In this document: positions 36,911-37,623 of the stretch, piece after piece
Position numbering within the stretch: position 1 is the first letter of the stretch
Layout: every line of letters begins with the position of its first letter
Origin: Candidatus Fermentibacterota bacterium
GTDB lineage: Bacteria > JAFGKV01
Reading direction: 5' to 3'
DNA: 37,623 nucleotides
Assembly: GCA_016928395.1 (NCBI GenBank)
Contig: JAFGKV010000057.1
Coordinates: 1 to 37,623, forward strand
The notes under the pieces: model-generated
Seen by the model: the letters and a program-made list of their open reading frames with translations, nothing else
What the model was told of the DNA's origin: nothing
Databases searched by the model: none
Made by a program: the position numbers and the translations under genes

Positions 36911-37300
36911 GATGCACCTCCGTGTGTCGTCTTCCTACATGTCTTCTACTCGGCGTGCTCTCGCGAGGCAAGGAGAAGACAAGGTTTCCCTCAGATATCG
37001 TAGTCGCACTCGTGCGAATCCACTTCACATCAATGTACTCATTTCGCTCTCGTTCGCATCGCCCACTGCTTTCGGGTAGTGGGCGGCCCGATCGTTGAGT
37101 CCTAGCTGCTGCACACTCCTCCCGTAGCGTCCTCGCGAGGCAGTATCTGTTCACGCTGTGCGATCCGCAGCCCTCGGCAACTATAGTTCCTTCCCCACCT
37201 CGCTTCATCGGTTCCTCACTCCCTCACGCCAGTACCCCTTCGCGAACACGAAAGACCCACCAGAAGACTCCGAGACTCCTGAGCATATAGGACTCCTCAT

Positions 37301-37320
37301 ATATAGGATACGTCCTATAT
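37301..37320. promoter_or_regulatory. AT-rich inverted repeat ATATAGGA-TACG-TCCTATAT (possible operator)
   Basis: Read directly. An extra ATATAGGA half-site lies at 37285-37292, upstream of the minus-strand run. Confidence 0.35.
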
Positions 37321-37623
37321 CCTCTCAACGCTTTGTCGTGTCCTGGAAATCCGCACAGCCGGCTCACCCGTGCTTCATTGCCACGCTCGCAGGCCGACTC
37401 CGTCCTTGAACTCGGCGGCATCTCTCGCTACACTACGAACCCATGAGGCCACACCCACGCGGCCCGGGTACGCTCCGCGCGAGCCCTCCCACGGCCCATC
37501 TCCGCCACAGTGAGGGACATTGTGAAGGCATTCGTACTGTATGCAGATTGGCAACCGAGATCGGGCTACGCGCCCTCGGAGCGCGAGCACGCCTCTCGAA
37601 AGGCGGCGCAGGCCTCCCGGGTC

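Noticed and set aside
1-37623. tRNA, rRNA, tmRNA, RNase P or a known riboswitch
   Set aside because: No diagnostic motifs were recognised by eye in the intergenic regions; a covariance-model scan would be needed to exclude them.

Overview
GC-rich bacterial chromosomal window. The FlgD-Ig/T9SS-like C-terminal domain and C25 peptidase suggest an FCB-group or related candidate phylum, but this is inference only. In order it contains: a TAXI-type TRAP transporter pair; a short frameshifted RAYT/IS200-like transposase remnant; a secreted protein with twelve 26-aa Gly-rich repeats; a minus-strand trio (membrane protein, GT-C glycosyltransferase, TatD-associated-type radical SAM); an alpha-glucan phosphorylase; a composite intergenic repeat holding two REP-like inverted pairs; a six-gene putative nucleobase-catabolism operon (PLP enzyme, ThrRS-N/uridine-kinase fusion, PreT, PreA, SsnA-like amidohydrolase, ThrC-like PLP enzyme); a coiled-coil gene, a small membrane-protein gene and a lone Cmr1-like RAMP gene with no other cas gene or array in the window; and a long minus-strand run (nitroreductase, C25 gingipain/PorU-like protease, DUF4159, DUF4175-like, TPR, DUF1848, YdeI). 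The main leads are the solo Cmr1-like gene behind a perfect 28-bp palindrome, a dispersed intergenic CTATTCT-N6-AGAATAG motif (3 exact copies, 1 degenerate), the atypical PreTA-SsnA operon with two PLP enzymes, the REP-carrying tandem modules and a candidate structured RNA near 22.0-22.15 kb. All family calls come from motifs recognised by eye; no searches were run.
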